Positions 19,873 to 28,119 of a DNA stretch of 64,000 bases are shown here, piece after piece. A program made the translations under genes and the position numbers. Positions within the stretch are counted from its first letter, which is position 1. Each line of letters begins with the position of its first letter. This stretch comes from Candidatus Peregrinibacteria bacterium (lineage in GTDB: Bacteria > Patescibacteriota > Gracilibacteria > UBA1369 > GCA-2718715): assembly GCA_014240275.1 (NCBI GenBank), contig JAAZXH010000006.1, forward strand, positions 12,749 to 76,748. The letters are read 5' to 3'. Under the pieces are notes generated by a model that was not told the DNA's origin, searched no databases, and was given only the letters and a program-made list of their open reading frames with translations.

Positions 19873-20836
19873 TTAAAACTAAATAAGTGATATATGAAAA
19901 ATAAATCAATACAAACAAATAACCTTGAGAACGCTGCAAAATATGCTTTTTACCAATAAACATAAACAGAAATAATAACAAGGCCGCTAAAATCGAAACT
20001 ATAACATCAACATTCGACAAAGCCGCATTAAAATTTAAAGGATTAATAGTCGAAGACAAACCAAGTATCCAAAAAACATTAAAAAGATTTGAACCAACCA
20101 CGTTCCCTACTGCAATGTCAGCATGTCCTTTACGTGCAGCAACAATACTAGTTGCTAACTCTGGCAAAGATGTACCAATTGCCACGACAGTTAGACCAAT
20201 AAGGGTTTCTGTAAGACCAAAATTCTTAGCTATCATCATTGCCCCTTCTACTATCCACTGGCCACCCAAAGCCAGACCCAACATACCAAGAATAATAAAT
20301 ATCGTAGATTTTGAATTAGACAACTCATCTACCTTTTCACCTTCTGCATCGTTGGTATTTTTTGCTATCCCAAAACTGTAATACATAAAAACCACAAAGA
20401 ACGCCAGCAAAGAAATACCATCAATCCGCGAAAGCGTATTAAAATTCATACCGTCTAACATTGCATCGTTGACCATGAAAAACAAAAGCAAAACCGAGAG
20501 CAACACCAAGGGAATCTCCTTCCATACAGTATTTGATTTAACTTTCAAAGGACAAATTGCAGCCGCCACCCCAAGGATCAAAAAAATATTGGCAATGTTT
20601 GAACCTATCACATTTGAAATAGCTAAATCTGAACTACCCTTAAAAGCAGCCAAAAGGTTTACAATAAGCTCCGGCGCTGAAGTTCCAAAGGCAACAATAG
20701 TTAACCCTATTACCAAATTTGAAATTTTCATCTTTTTGGCAACCGAAGAAGCCCCAGATACCAACAAATCGGCACCCTTGATTAAGAAACAAAATCCAAG
20801 TACAAATAAAAAATAGGTTAATACCATGTTCATCAA
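19865..20836 (-). CDS. Ca2+/Na+ antiporter (CaCA, YrbG type)
   Basis: Two alpha-repeats (GTSAPE...GSNIANI and GTSLPE...GSNLFNV) in a 10-TM protein. Confidence 0.9.
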   Translation of the reverse strand: MMNMVLTYFLFVLGFCFLIKGADLLVSGASSVAKKMKISNLVIGLTIVAFGTSAPELIVNLLAAFKGSSDLAISNVIGSNIANIFLILGVAAAICPLKVKSNTVWKEIPLVLLSVLLLFFMVNDAMLDGMNFNTLSRIDGISLLAFFVVFMYYSFGIAKNTNDAEGEKVDELSNSKSTIFIILGMLGLALGGQWIVEGAMMIAKNFGLTETLIGLTVVAIGTSLPELATSIVAARKGHADIAVGNVVGSNLFNVFWILGLSSTINPLNFNAALSNVDVIVSILAALLLFLFMFIGKKHILQRSQGYLFVLIYFSYITYLVLNA

Positions 20837-20881
20837 TTATATCTATAATAATAACACAGCATCAACCTAGCTCAAAACCAT

Positions 20882-22669
20882 TTACGCATGAGTCAGATAG
20901 TCTACAGCAACCAAATAGTGCTTACCATCCAAAGAAACTCTAGCGTATGCCAGAAATTTACCATCTGCCACTTCACGTATCACGGGATTTGCATCAACAA
21001 CCTCCATAGCCAAGCCTGATTTTTCAGTTATAGTATTGGCTACAGATTCAAATCCATCACTCCATAACCTTAAATTAGAGTTGGCATTGGCAGTATTTGC
21101 AACAACCTCTTGCCCTGTATTAAAAGAAATATCGTCAGCGGCTTTTTCGGCAGTTGTTGTAACTCCGTTACCAAAATTATCAGAAATTGTACCTGCCGTA
21201 TTATAAGCTGAAGAAGGCAAATGACTCTTAACAGAAGTTACAGGCTGAGAATGTTCAAGCTCATCTTCATTATCAAAATTATAACTCTCATCATTATCAG
21301 CATTTGTGTCAGCCTGCTCACCAGCAGTTGTACCAGCCTGATTCTCTACAAGCGGTTCAGTCCCAGCAGTTATACCAGCCTGATTCTCTACAAGCGGTTC
21401 AGTCCCAGCAGTTGTACCAGCCTGATTCTCTACAAGCGGTTCAGTCCCAGCAGTTATACCAGCCTGATTCTCTACAAGCGGTTCAGTCCCAGCAGTTATA
21501 CCAGCTTGATTATCTACAGGCAGTTCAGGCCCAGCAGTTATACCAGGCAGATTATCTAAAGGCAGTTCAGTCCCAGCAGTTGTACCAGCCTGATTCTCTA
21601 CAGGCAGTTCAGTCCCAGCAGTTGTACCAGGCAGATTATCTAAAGGCACCTCAGTCCCAGCAGTTATACCAGCCTGATTCTCTACAGGTAGTTCAGTCCC
21701 AGCCCCAAAAAACCAATCAGAAGCAGAACTTAAAGATTCTAAAGGAGAATTCACAAATGCGTCAAACCCGGGTTTTAGAGCTTCAATGCCAGCAGACAAA
21801 CCAGTTTTCAAAGCAAAAGAACCCAAACAAGCAAGGCCAGCCGTTGCAGCAAAGCGTCCAGCTTTACGCTTCCAAAATTTATAACGTGATGCGGTAGCTT
21901 GTTCAGCCTGATTTACGAGTACTTCACCACCCTTTCCCTCTACAGTTTCGCGCCTTTGATAAAAATTATATAAGTTTTGTTTTGCCTTCTTAAAGTCCTC
22001 TCGGGTTTTCGCACGACGAGCCTTATATGCAGCATCTATTAATAATTCTTCCTCAGTAAACTTAATAAACTTCGAAGAACCCTTTGATGCAACCTTCCAC
22101 ATACTAGCAGTTCCATAAGCAAGAGCAGCAACAGGGACATAATGTGCAGTTGCACCTACCATCACAGTAGTTAAAGCGAACTTATAGGCCTTACCTTTAA
22201 AACCATCACGAGCTCTAAAAGGGTCCACAACTGTTAACAACTTACTATTAGTAATATTACTCCAAATACTACTTACAGTAGAACACATTTTACTCTCCCC
22301 CTCATACTGCAAATCTTCCATTAAGCTTAGATAAGATGGTTGAGAAATCATAGTTTGCCCCTCTCTTTCCAAGCCGGTATAAGCTGTAACCATTGTAGGA
22401 GTTTCCGCTGCATTATTAAATGATGCTGAGCCATCGCTCAGAGAAGTAATCGGCACACTATTAACATCCAAATAACTATCGTTATTCCCCCCATTCGTTA
22501 CAGAAGCAGTCTGCGAAACAGAGACTTCTTGAGAGGTATCTTCATTCCGCCCCTCCCGATTTGGAGTCAATTTTAACAAAGCAGATTTTAAAAACGATCT
22601 CACACGCCCCACTTTAGGATCATCACCTAAAGTATGAGCTTCAACACTGCCAGTATTTTCAATAGACAT
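20882..22669 (-). CDS. Hypothetical membrane protein, paralog 1 (variable N-terminus, TM core, 9 x 14-aa repeats, conserved C-terminal domain)
   Basis: 595-aa ORF. It shares the LAYGTAxxW..ASKG..EELL core and the C-terminal LWS(D/E)GF...P(V/I)(I/V)RE(V/I)A(D/E)GKF(L/M)AYA module with 22730-24454. A TTGACA-type promoter is at 22715-22720. Confidence 0.7.
   Translation of the reverse strand: MSIENTGSVEAHTLGDDPKVGRVRSFLKSALLKLTPNREGRNEDTSQEVSVSQTASVTNGGNNDSYLDVNSVPITSLSDGSASFNNAAETPTMVTAYTGLEREGQTMISQPSYLSLMEDLQYEGESKMCSTVSSIWSNITNSKLLTVVDPFRARDGFKGKAYKFALTTVMVGATAHYVPVAALAYGTASMWKVASKGSSKFIKFTEEELLIDAAYKARRAKTREDFKKAKQNLYNFYQRRETVEGKGGEVLVNQAEQATASRYKFWKRKAGRFAATAGLACLGSFALKTGLSAGIEALKPGFDAFVNSPLESLSSASDWFFGAGTELPVENQAGITAGTEVPLDNLPGTTAGTELPVENQAGTTAGTELPLDNLPGITAGPELPVDNQAGITAGTEPLVENQAGITAGTEPLVENQAGTTAGTEPLVENQAGITAGTEPLVENQAGTTAGEQADTNADNDESYNFDNEDELEHSQPVTSVKSHLPSSAYNTAGTISDNFGNGVTTTAEKAADDISFNTGQEVVANTANANSNLRLWSDGFESVANTITEKSGLAMEVVDANPVIREVADGKFLAYARVSLDGKHYLVAVDYLTHA
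21321..21703 (-). repeat. Tandem 42-bp coding repeat, about 9 copies
   Basis: ccagcagtt recurs at 21321, 21363, 21405 and onward with an exact 42-nt period. It encodes AGTE(L/P)(P/L)VENQAGIT units. The copies at 21321-21488 differ only at a single A/G site. Confidence 0.95.
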
Positions 22670-22729
22670 AACTATAACTTATATATAGAGAAAAATATAT
22701 AAAAATACAACTTATGTCAAATACTATTA

Positions 22730-24454
22730 CTAATTTTGGACCAACTTTGCATAAGCTGTTGATACCAAATAATCCTGACCTTTATATTGGACCTGAGCAT
22801 AAGCCATAAATTTACCTTCTGCAATTTCACGAACAATAGGAGTCTTAGATTGAACAGTTAACTCAGAAAAGCTAGATGGATCTATTCGTGCAGCGATTTT
22901 ATCAAAACCTTCTGACCACAAACTTACACGAGAATTAGCATTTTCAGTAAGAACAACTAACTTTTCCCCAACATTTTGGCTAAAAGAATTATAAGCCGCC
23001 TCCGCACTGTTATAAACACCACCTAATTTAGCACCACTCAAATTTTCAACAGAGTTATAAGCAGATTCTTGCAAATGACTTTCAACAGTAACCTGATCCC
23101 AATCTTCAAAGACATAATCATCTTTTTGTATAGTAGGTTCAGGGGTAGAACTAGTTTCAGGAACAACTTTATCTGGATTAAGATTAGATTCAGGTATTGT
23201 TTTTTGAACCACGTTGTTACCAGTATCCTCAGATGGAAGCTCAGAAGCACTAGAACCCACACCCAACACTTCTAAAGCCTTTCCAGCTACATAAGTTGAT
23301 AGAGCAGAAAGACCAAGCGAACCTGCGAGAGCTAAACCTCTGCGTTTCCATTTTCTCTTTTTTCTTTCTTTCTTAGAGTTTGAATGTTCAACCTCATAAA
23401 ATTTATCTAGAGCATTTTCAGAACCGAACTCGCGTTTATCATAAGAGGCTGTTAACTGTACTTTTTGATCGCTACGCTGATTATAGTATTTAGTCAGATT
23501 CCCTAAAGATTCATGGTACCCATAATTTGTATCAGCATATTGTGCTTTTCTTACATCTTCTAACAATAGCTCCTCTTGGGTCTTTGGTATAATTTTTTCA
23601 GCCCCCTTACTTGCAAGCCCATACCAATTAGCAGTTCCATAAGCTAAAGATGTAGCACCTAATACAAACTTTGCAGTCACAACTCCAGCCCCTATCGCTG
23701 GTAAAGCATAAGCTCCAGCAGTAAAAGCCGCTACCGAACCTAGCATTTTAAAGCCCATACCTTTGCGAGTTTTTGGATAGAAACATTTTGAGACTTTAGT
23801 TTTACAACGATTTAACCAAGTCGAACCTTTATAAGTAAAACCATAGTTAGTAAGAGTTCGAGGCACAGCAGGGTATGGATCATCATATGTAACCTTTATT
23901 TCATCTAACACAACAGCTTCTTCAGACTGAGTCTTAATTGAATTTAAAATATCATCTAATGACTCAAGTTCTAACTCGGACTCAGAAACCTTTTCTATTC
24001 TTATAATTTTTACCAACTCATGACATTGAAACTCTTGTAAAATCGCTTCATTCATAAATAGCTCCTCACATTGACTACCTATTTGTAAGTCTACCCTTAA
24101 ATCACAACCCTGCTTGTAAGTTCGATATTTCGTCAAACGACCATGCAAAATTGCCTGATCAATTAGCGGGTTATGCGGGTCCTCTGGAAGATGAGCTTCT
24201 CTTTCCTCTGCAATTTCAAAAACCTTCGACATTGTATCCTTAAATTCGGCATCCGAATCATCTACCAGTAATGGACCATTATAGTTAGACTCTTCTTCTG
24301 TTAGCATTAATGTATTAGCAAAACAATCTAGTTCATTATAAAGAGAATTAGGACGTTCAGTTAAGGTAGGAGGTTTATGCTTTGGACGTTGAGGCCGATG
24401 AGGTTGAAAACTAGAACCTTGATCATTAAAGCTTGGTACTGAATTCATATACAA
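22730..24454 (-). CDS. Hypothetical membrane protein, paralog 2
   Basis: 574-aa ORF with the same TM core and C-terminal module as 20882-22669, but an unrelated N-terminal ~230 aa and no 42-bp repeats. It has its own TTGACA promoter at 24495-24500. Confidence 0.7.
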   Translation of the reverse strand: MYMNSVPSFNDQGSSFQPHRPQRPKHKPPTLTERPNSLYNELDCFANTLMLTEEESNYNGPLLVDDSDAEFKDTMSKVFEIAEEREAHLPEDPHNPLIDQAILHGRLTKYRTYKQGCDLRVDLQIGSQCEELFMNEAILQEFQCHELVKIIRIEKVSESELELESLDDILNSIKTQSEEAVVLDEIKVTYDDPYPAVPRTLTNYGFTYKGSTWLNRCKTKVSKCFYPKTRKGMGFKMLGSVAAFTAGAYALPAIGAGVVTAKFVLGATSLAYGTANWYGLASKGAEKIIPKTQEELLLEDVRKAQYADTNYGYHESLGNLTKYYNQRSDQKVQLTASYDKREFGSENALDKFYEVEHSNSKKERKKRKWKRRGLALAGSLGLSALSTYVAGKALEVLGVGSSASELPSEDTGNNVVQKTIPESNLNPDKVVPETSSTPEPTIQKDDYVFEDWDQVTVESHLQESAYNSVENLSGAKLGGVYNSAEAAYNSFSQNVGEKLVVLTENANSRVSLWSEGFDKIAARIDPSSFSELTVQSKTPIVREIAEGKFMAYAQVQYKGQDYLVSTAYAKLVQN

Positions 24455-24516
24455 ATATTATTTTCAAGCTTTATGCTATCAAACTATTTAATATATGTCA
24501 AGCCACAATAAAAATA

Positions 24517-26829
24517 TTATGAAGCAGTTACAAATATCGTATAAAGTTTACCATCTTCAGCCTGTACACTTCGGTAAACAACAGTATTGTTTAAGTTTAA
24601 ATCCTCCAAAGATTCAAGTAAAGAACTTGGATAAGCAAATACATTCATAGTAACACGATATGATGTAAAGCCTAAATCATTTGGTAAAAGATCTAACAAA
24701 GACTGTCCATCGATACTGACTTCGTAACGGTTTTTTTCTTTCATAATCACTACCCAAGCATCAAGCGCATCAAGTAAAGCCTGGTTAGAATTAATAGCTG
24801 GATAAGCTAGAGAAATACCTTGATCAAATTCATTAAAGGCTAAAGTTGCATCATAAGAAAACTCTTGCACATAATGTAAGGCGTTATCAGCATCTAAAGT
24901 GGCGCCAAAACCTACCGAGGTCCAATCTGGATTTAATATGTTTTTCCGGTGAATAGCGCTGCGCATCAACAATTGATTCGCAGCCAAAACTCCTCCAAAA
25001 TTATTGTAAGTTAAATTTTCACCAACAAAAGAAGTAATATTAAAGCGAGTCCGTCTGTCGTTTGGACCTTCTGAATTATGATCAACATGGCCAACAAAAT
25101 CATTATTTACCATATTATCAGAGTGATACTGAGCCAATTGATTCAAAGTCGCATCAATAGTTACCGGATCTAAACCATACTTAGTTCTATAAGCATTAAC
25201 CAAAGTTAAAGACTCATCAATTGTTTGCTGTAAATTAAAATTACTAATTGCTTGAAAACTATTAGAAGCTCGAAAATCAGGAATTACAGGCCATAAACCT
25301 TCTATGTAAATTGGATGGTTAACTTCGGCAAAACCAGATTCATTATTAATCTCAATAAAATACACTCCAGAATCAGCCAAGCTGTAGTTTACGCTAAAAT
25401 TAGCTCCATTTATACTAACTCCATCGTTGACTTTTTCAACCAAACCATTGGGCATGATTACAAACAAATCATCACTTAAAGTCGCCGAAGTAGTTCCAGT
25501 AAGTTGTAAGTTTTGACCTTGGGTATAAGTATATGGCAAATCAATATTAGTAGCTTCATTGATATCCGAATAATGATTTTCAACTACATCTAATTTCAGA
25601 GTTTTTGCAACGCCCAAATTTGAAATTAACTCTACATCCATTTCACCTTCATCAAAACCTTCAAACCAAGCAGAGCTCACATAATATTTACCAGCAGACT
25701 TTAATTTTATAGAAACAGTTTTATTAGCAATAAAACGTAGTTCAAAAGCTCCAGGAACATTACCAGTCACATTTACATAAGGTCTGCCATCAAAACCAAA
25801 ATCTAAATTTAGCTCTTCCAAACGATCGGCTATTAAGCTTAAATCAGAAATAGTAATTGGCAACAATTTGGCAGTATTGCTTCCATTTGGATAAATTGTG
25901 AATTTCGAACTATTTGCATCTGGTACCAATACATCCGCTTCAAAGGATCCATTAACTACAACCACTTCAGACTTGGTTAAAGAACCATCTGCCGCTTCAA
26001 AAGCTACAAAAACCTTGGTAGCACCATTGGTTACTTTACCTGTAACTTTTTTCATATAAGATTTATGCCAAGTATTATCAAAGTTTTCAGGCAACTCAAT
26101 ATTATCAAAAAAGTCAGAGGCTACTACCGGGCCTTGGGCTACATCAGGCTGAACCTCAACCTCTGGTTCAGAAGCTGACTCAGGATCTACATTCGGCTCA
26201 ACTTCTGGCGTGATTTCAGCAGCTTCAGCCTGTGGAACTTCTGGATTCAAATCATCAGAAGTCAAAACACGATAAAAAATTTCTGCGAGTTCTCCCCTAT
26301 TAATAGCTTTATTAGGAAGCAAAGCTCGTTTAAATGGCAAAAGATCTAAGTTATCAGCAGTCACCACGTAAGCAAAAAACCAGTTATCCATTTTATTATC
26401 AAAAAAGGTGTTTTCAAAAGTAGACTTTTCTTCTATCTGCATAGCTTCCATTGCAATTTTTAAGGCTTCCGCACGAGAAATATTTTGAGCCGGCTTAAAC
26501 AAATTCCCCTCATAACCCTTTACCAAACCAAGCTTTTTAGCAGTACAAACATAACTATTGTACCATTGGTCCAAAGGCACATCGGCAAAACAGTCGCTTG
26601 CCTCCTCCAGCTCAACCTTAGTTGAAAGCATAATTATCTTTAACGCCTCTGCTCTATTTATACTATTTGCTGGTTTATAAGTTCCATCATCATAACCCTC
26701 AACAATTTTTTGGTCCTTTAAATATTGAATTCCATCGGCATACTTATGGTCAGAGCCAACATCCGAAAAAATAGCAGCAAAAGCTACATTTATAAGCAAA
26801 GGTAAAATTAATAAATATTTTTTAAACAT
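24517..26829 (-). CDS. Secreted SLH-domain protein with C-terminal CAP/SCP (PR-1-like) domain
   Basis: Signal peptide and three SLH repeats (FSDVGSDHKYADGIQYL..., FADVPLDQWYNSYV..., FFDNKMDNWFFAYV...). Then an acidic linker, a beta-rich middle and a CAP-like YRTKYGLDPV...HSDNMVNNDFVGHV...GENL region. Confidence 0.8.
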   Translation of the reverse strand: MFKKYLLILPLLINVAFAAIFSDVGSDHKYADGIQYLKDQKIVEGYDDGTYKPANSINRAEALKIIMLSTKVELEEASDCFADVPLDQWYNSYVCTAKKLGLVKGYEGNLFKPAQNISRAEALKIAMEAMQIEEKSTFENTFFDNKMDNWFFAYVVTADNLDLLPFKRALLPNKAINRGELAEIFYRVLTSDDLNPEVPQAEAAEITPEVEPNVDPESASEPEVEVQPDVAQGPVVASDFFDNIELPENFDNTWHKSYMKKVTGKVTNGATKVFVAFEAADGSLTKSEVVVVNGSFEADVLVPDANSSKFTIYPNGSNTAKLLPITISDLSLIADRLEELNLDFGFDGRPYVNVTGNVPGAFELRFIANKTVSIKLKSAGKYYVSSAWFEGFDEGEMDVELISNLGVAKTLKLDVVENHYSDINEATNIDLPYTYTQGQNLQLTGTTSATLSDDLFVIMPNGLVEKVNDGVSINGANFSVNYSLADSGVYFIEINNESGFAEVNHPIYIEGLWPVIPDFRASNSFQAISNFNLQQTIDESLTLVNAYRTKYGLDPVTIDATLNQLAQYHSDNMVNNDFVGHVDHNSEGPNDRRTRFNITSFVGENLTYNNFGGVLAANQLLMRSAIHRKNILNPDWTSVGFGATLDADNALHYVQEFSYDATLAFNEFDQGISLAYPAINSNQALLDALDAWVVIMKEKNRYEVSIDGQSLLDLLPNDLGFTSYRVTMNVFAYPSSLLESLEDLNLNNTVVYRSVQAEDGKLYTIFVTAS

Positions 26830-26891
26830 TTTTGAAATAAATTAAACAAATTAATTGTACCAAATTTTGCAAATTATTCAAACCAGATAAA

Positions 26892-26920
26892 TTGACAATC
26901 AGAATGTAGCCAATTAAAAT
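26892..26920 (+). promoter_or_regulatory. Putative sigma-70 promoter of pgk
   Basis: TTGACA-17 nt-TAAAAT, 26 nt upstream of the pgk ATG. Confidence 0.45.
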
Positions 26921-26946
26921 AGAAACACCCAAATTAATTTATATAA

Positions 26947-28119
26947 ATGTCAAATCAGAGACTCCCAAAGAATAAAAGCGTCCTTCTTCGTGTGGACTTA
27001 AACCTACCATTTAAAAAAGGTGAATTTACTGACCTTTCCAGACTCGTAGCAATTGGACCTACCTTAAACAAATTACTTAAAAACAATTGTAAAGTAGGTC
27101 TGATCTCACACCTTGGAAGACCTGACCCTGACAATTTTGAAGAAAGATTCTCATTAAAAAACGTTGCGAAAGCTATTGAACAAATGTTTAAAATAGGTTG
27201 TGAATTCACAGAAATAGACAAAACTTCCATTGCCAACATTCTACCTAAACTCGACTCAACAAGAGTCCTGTTACTTGAAAATACTCGTAAATATAAGGGC
27301 GAAAAACAAGACGACCCAAAGTTTGCTAAAGACCTAGCTGCTAACTTTGATCATTTTGTGTTTGATGCCTTTGCAGTCGCCCATCGTAAAAATGCCACTA
27401 CCCATGCCATTTTTGATGAACTTCCAAGCACACATGGCCTACTAGTTGAAAGAGAAATAGCTCACCTAAAACCATTACTATATGATCAGTTTGAAAAACC
27501 CCTAACGGTAATTTTAGGTGGTAAAAAAATTGAAACTAAAATTGGAGTTATTATCAACTTCCTGACCAAGTCTGAAAACATTTTAATAGGAGGTGCCATG
27601 GCCAATACCTTCCTTAAAGCCAAAGGTTTTAACATTGGTAAGAGCATACATGAACCTAAAAAAATCGAGACAGCCAAAAGTATTTTAAGTATAGTATCCG
27701 AACATGAATGCGACCTGATTTTACCCGTGGATGTTATTACTACTAAAGACCTTAAAAACCCTAAGACCATCGAAGTCAAAAACGTAGAAAACGTGCAAGA
27801 CGATGACTTTATTATCGACATCGGTCCTTCAACCATTAATGACTTTCAAACTAAACTTCAAAACACTAAAACAGTCATAGCCAATGGACCACTCGGTTTT
27901 TACGAGCTCCCTGCCTCGCTCCAAGGTTCCAAACAAATCTACAAAACTCTAAGCAATCTAGATGCCAATACCATTATTGGAGGTGGTGACACTATCGACT
28001 GTATTAGACTCAGCAAAATCAGCCTAAAGACCTTCAATTTTGTATCAACTGGAGGAGGTGCCATGCTAGCATATCTTTCCAAACAGCACTTGCCTGCACT
28101 TTTAAAACTTAAAATCTAA
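26947..28119 (+). CDS. pgk: Phosphoglycerate kinase
   Basis: Full-length PGK (VLLRVDLNLP, ISHLGRP, GGGDT, STGGGAMLAYL). Confidence 0.97.
   Translation: MSNQRLPKNKSVLLRVDLNLPFKKGEFTDLSRLVAIGPTLNKLLKNNCKVGLISHLGRPDPDNFEERFSLKNVAKAIEQMFKIGCEFTEIDKTSIANILPKLDSTRVLLLENTRKYKGEKQDDPKFAKDLAANFDHFVFDAFAVAHRKNATTHAIFDELPSTHGLLVEREIAHLKPLLYDQFEKPLTVILGGKKIETKIGVIINFLTKSENILIGGAMANTFLKAKGFNIGKSIHEPKKIETAKSILSIVSEHECDLILPVDVITTKDLKNPKTIEVKNVENVQDDDFIIDIGPSTINDFQTKLQNTKTVIANGPLGFYELPASLQGSKQIYKTLSNLDANTIIGGGDTIDCIRLSKISLKTFNFVSTGGGAMLAYLSKQHLPALLKLKI

Noticed and set aside
21321-21703. Regular 42-bp direct repeats that could superficially be taken for a CRISPR array
   Set aside because: The units are contiguous with no spacers. 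They stay in frame within a long ORF and encode a sensible 14-aa peptide repeat. No cas genes or leader are present.
21221-21897. Plus-strand ORFs (112 aa and 197 aa, Gln/Leu/Tyr-rich repeats) antisense to 20882-22669
   Set aside because: They are open only because the tandem repeat lacks stops in several frames. The minus-strand ORF is far longer and has a paralog next door.
20882-24454. Diversity-generating retroelement targeting the paralog pair
   Set aside because: There is no reverse transcriptase gene. I saw no template/variable repeat pair with adenine-specific differences. The conserved C-termini differ by ordinary substitutions.
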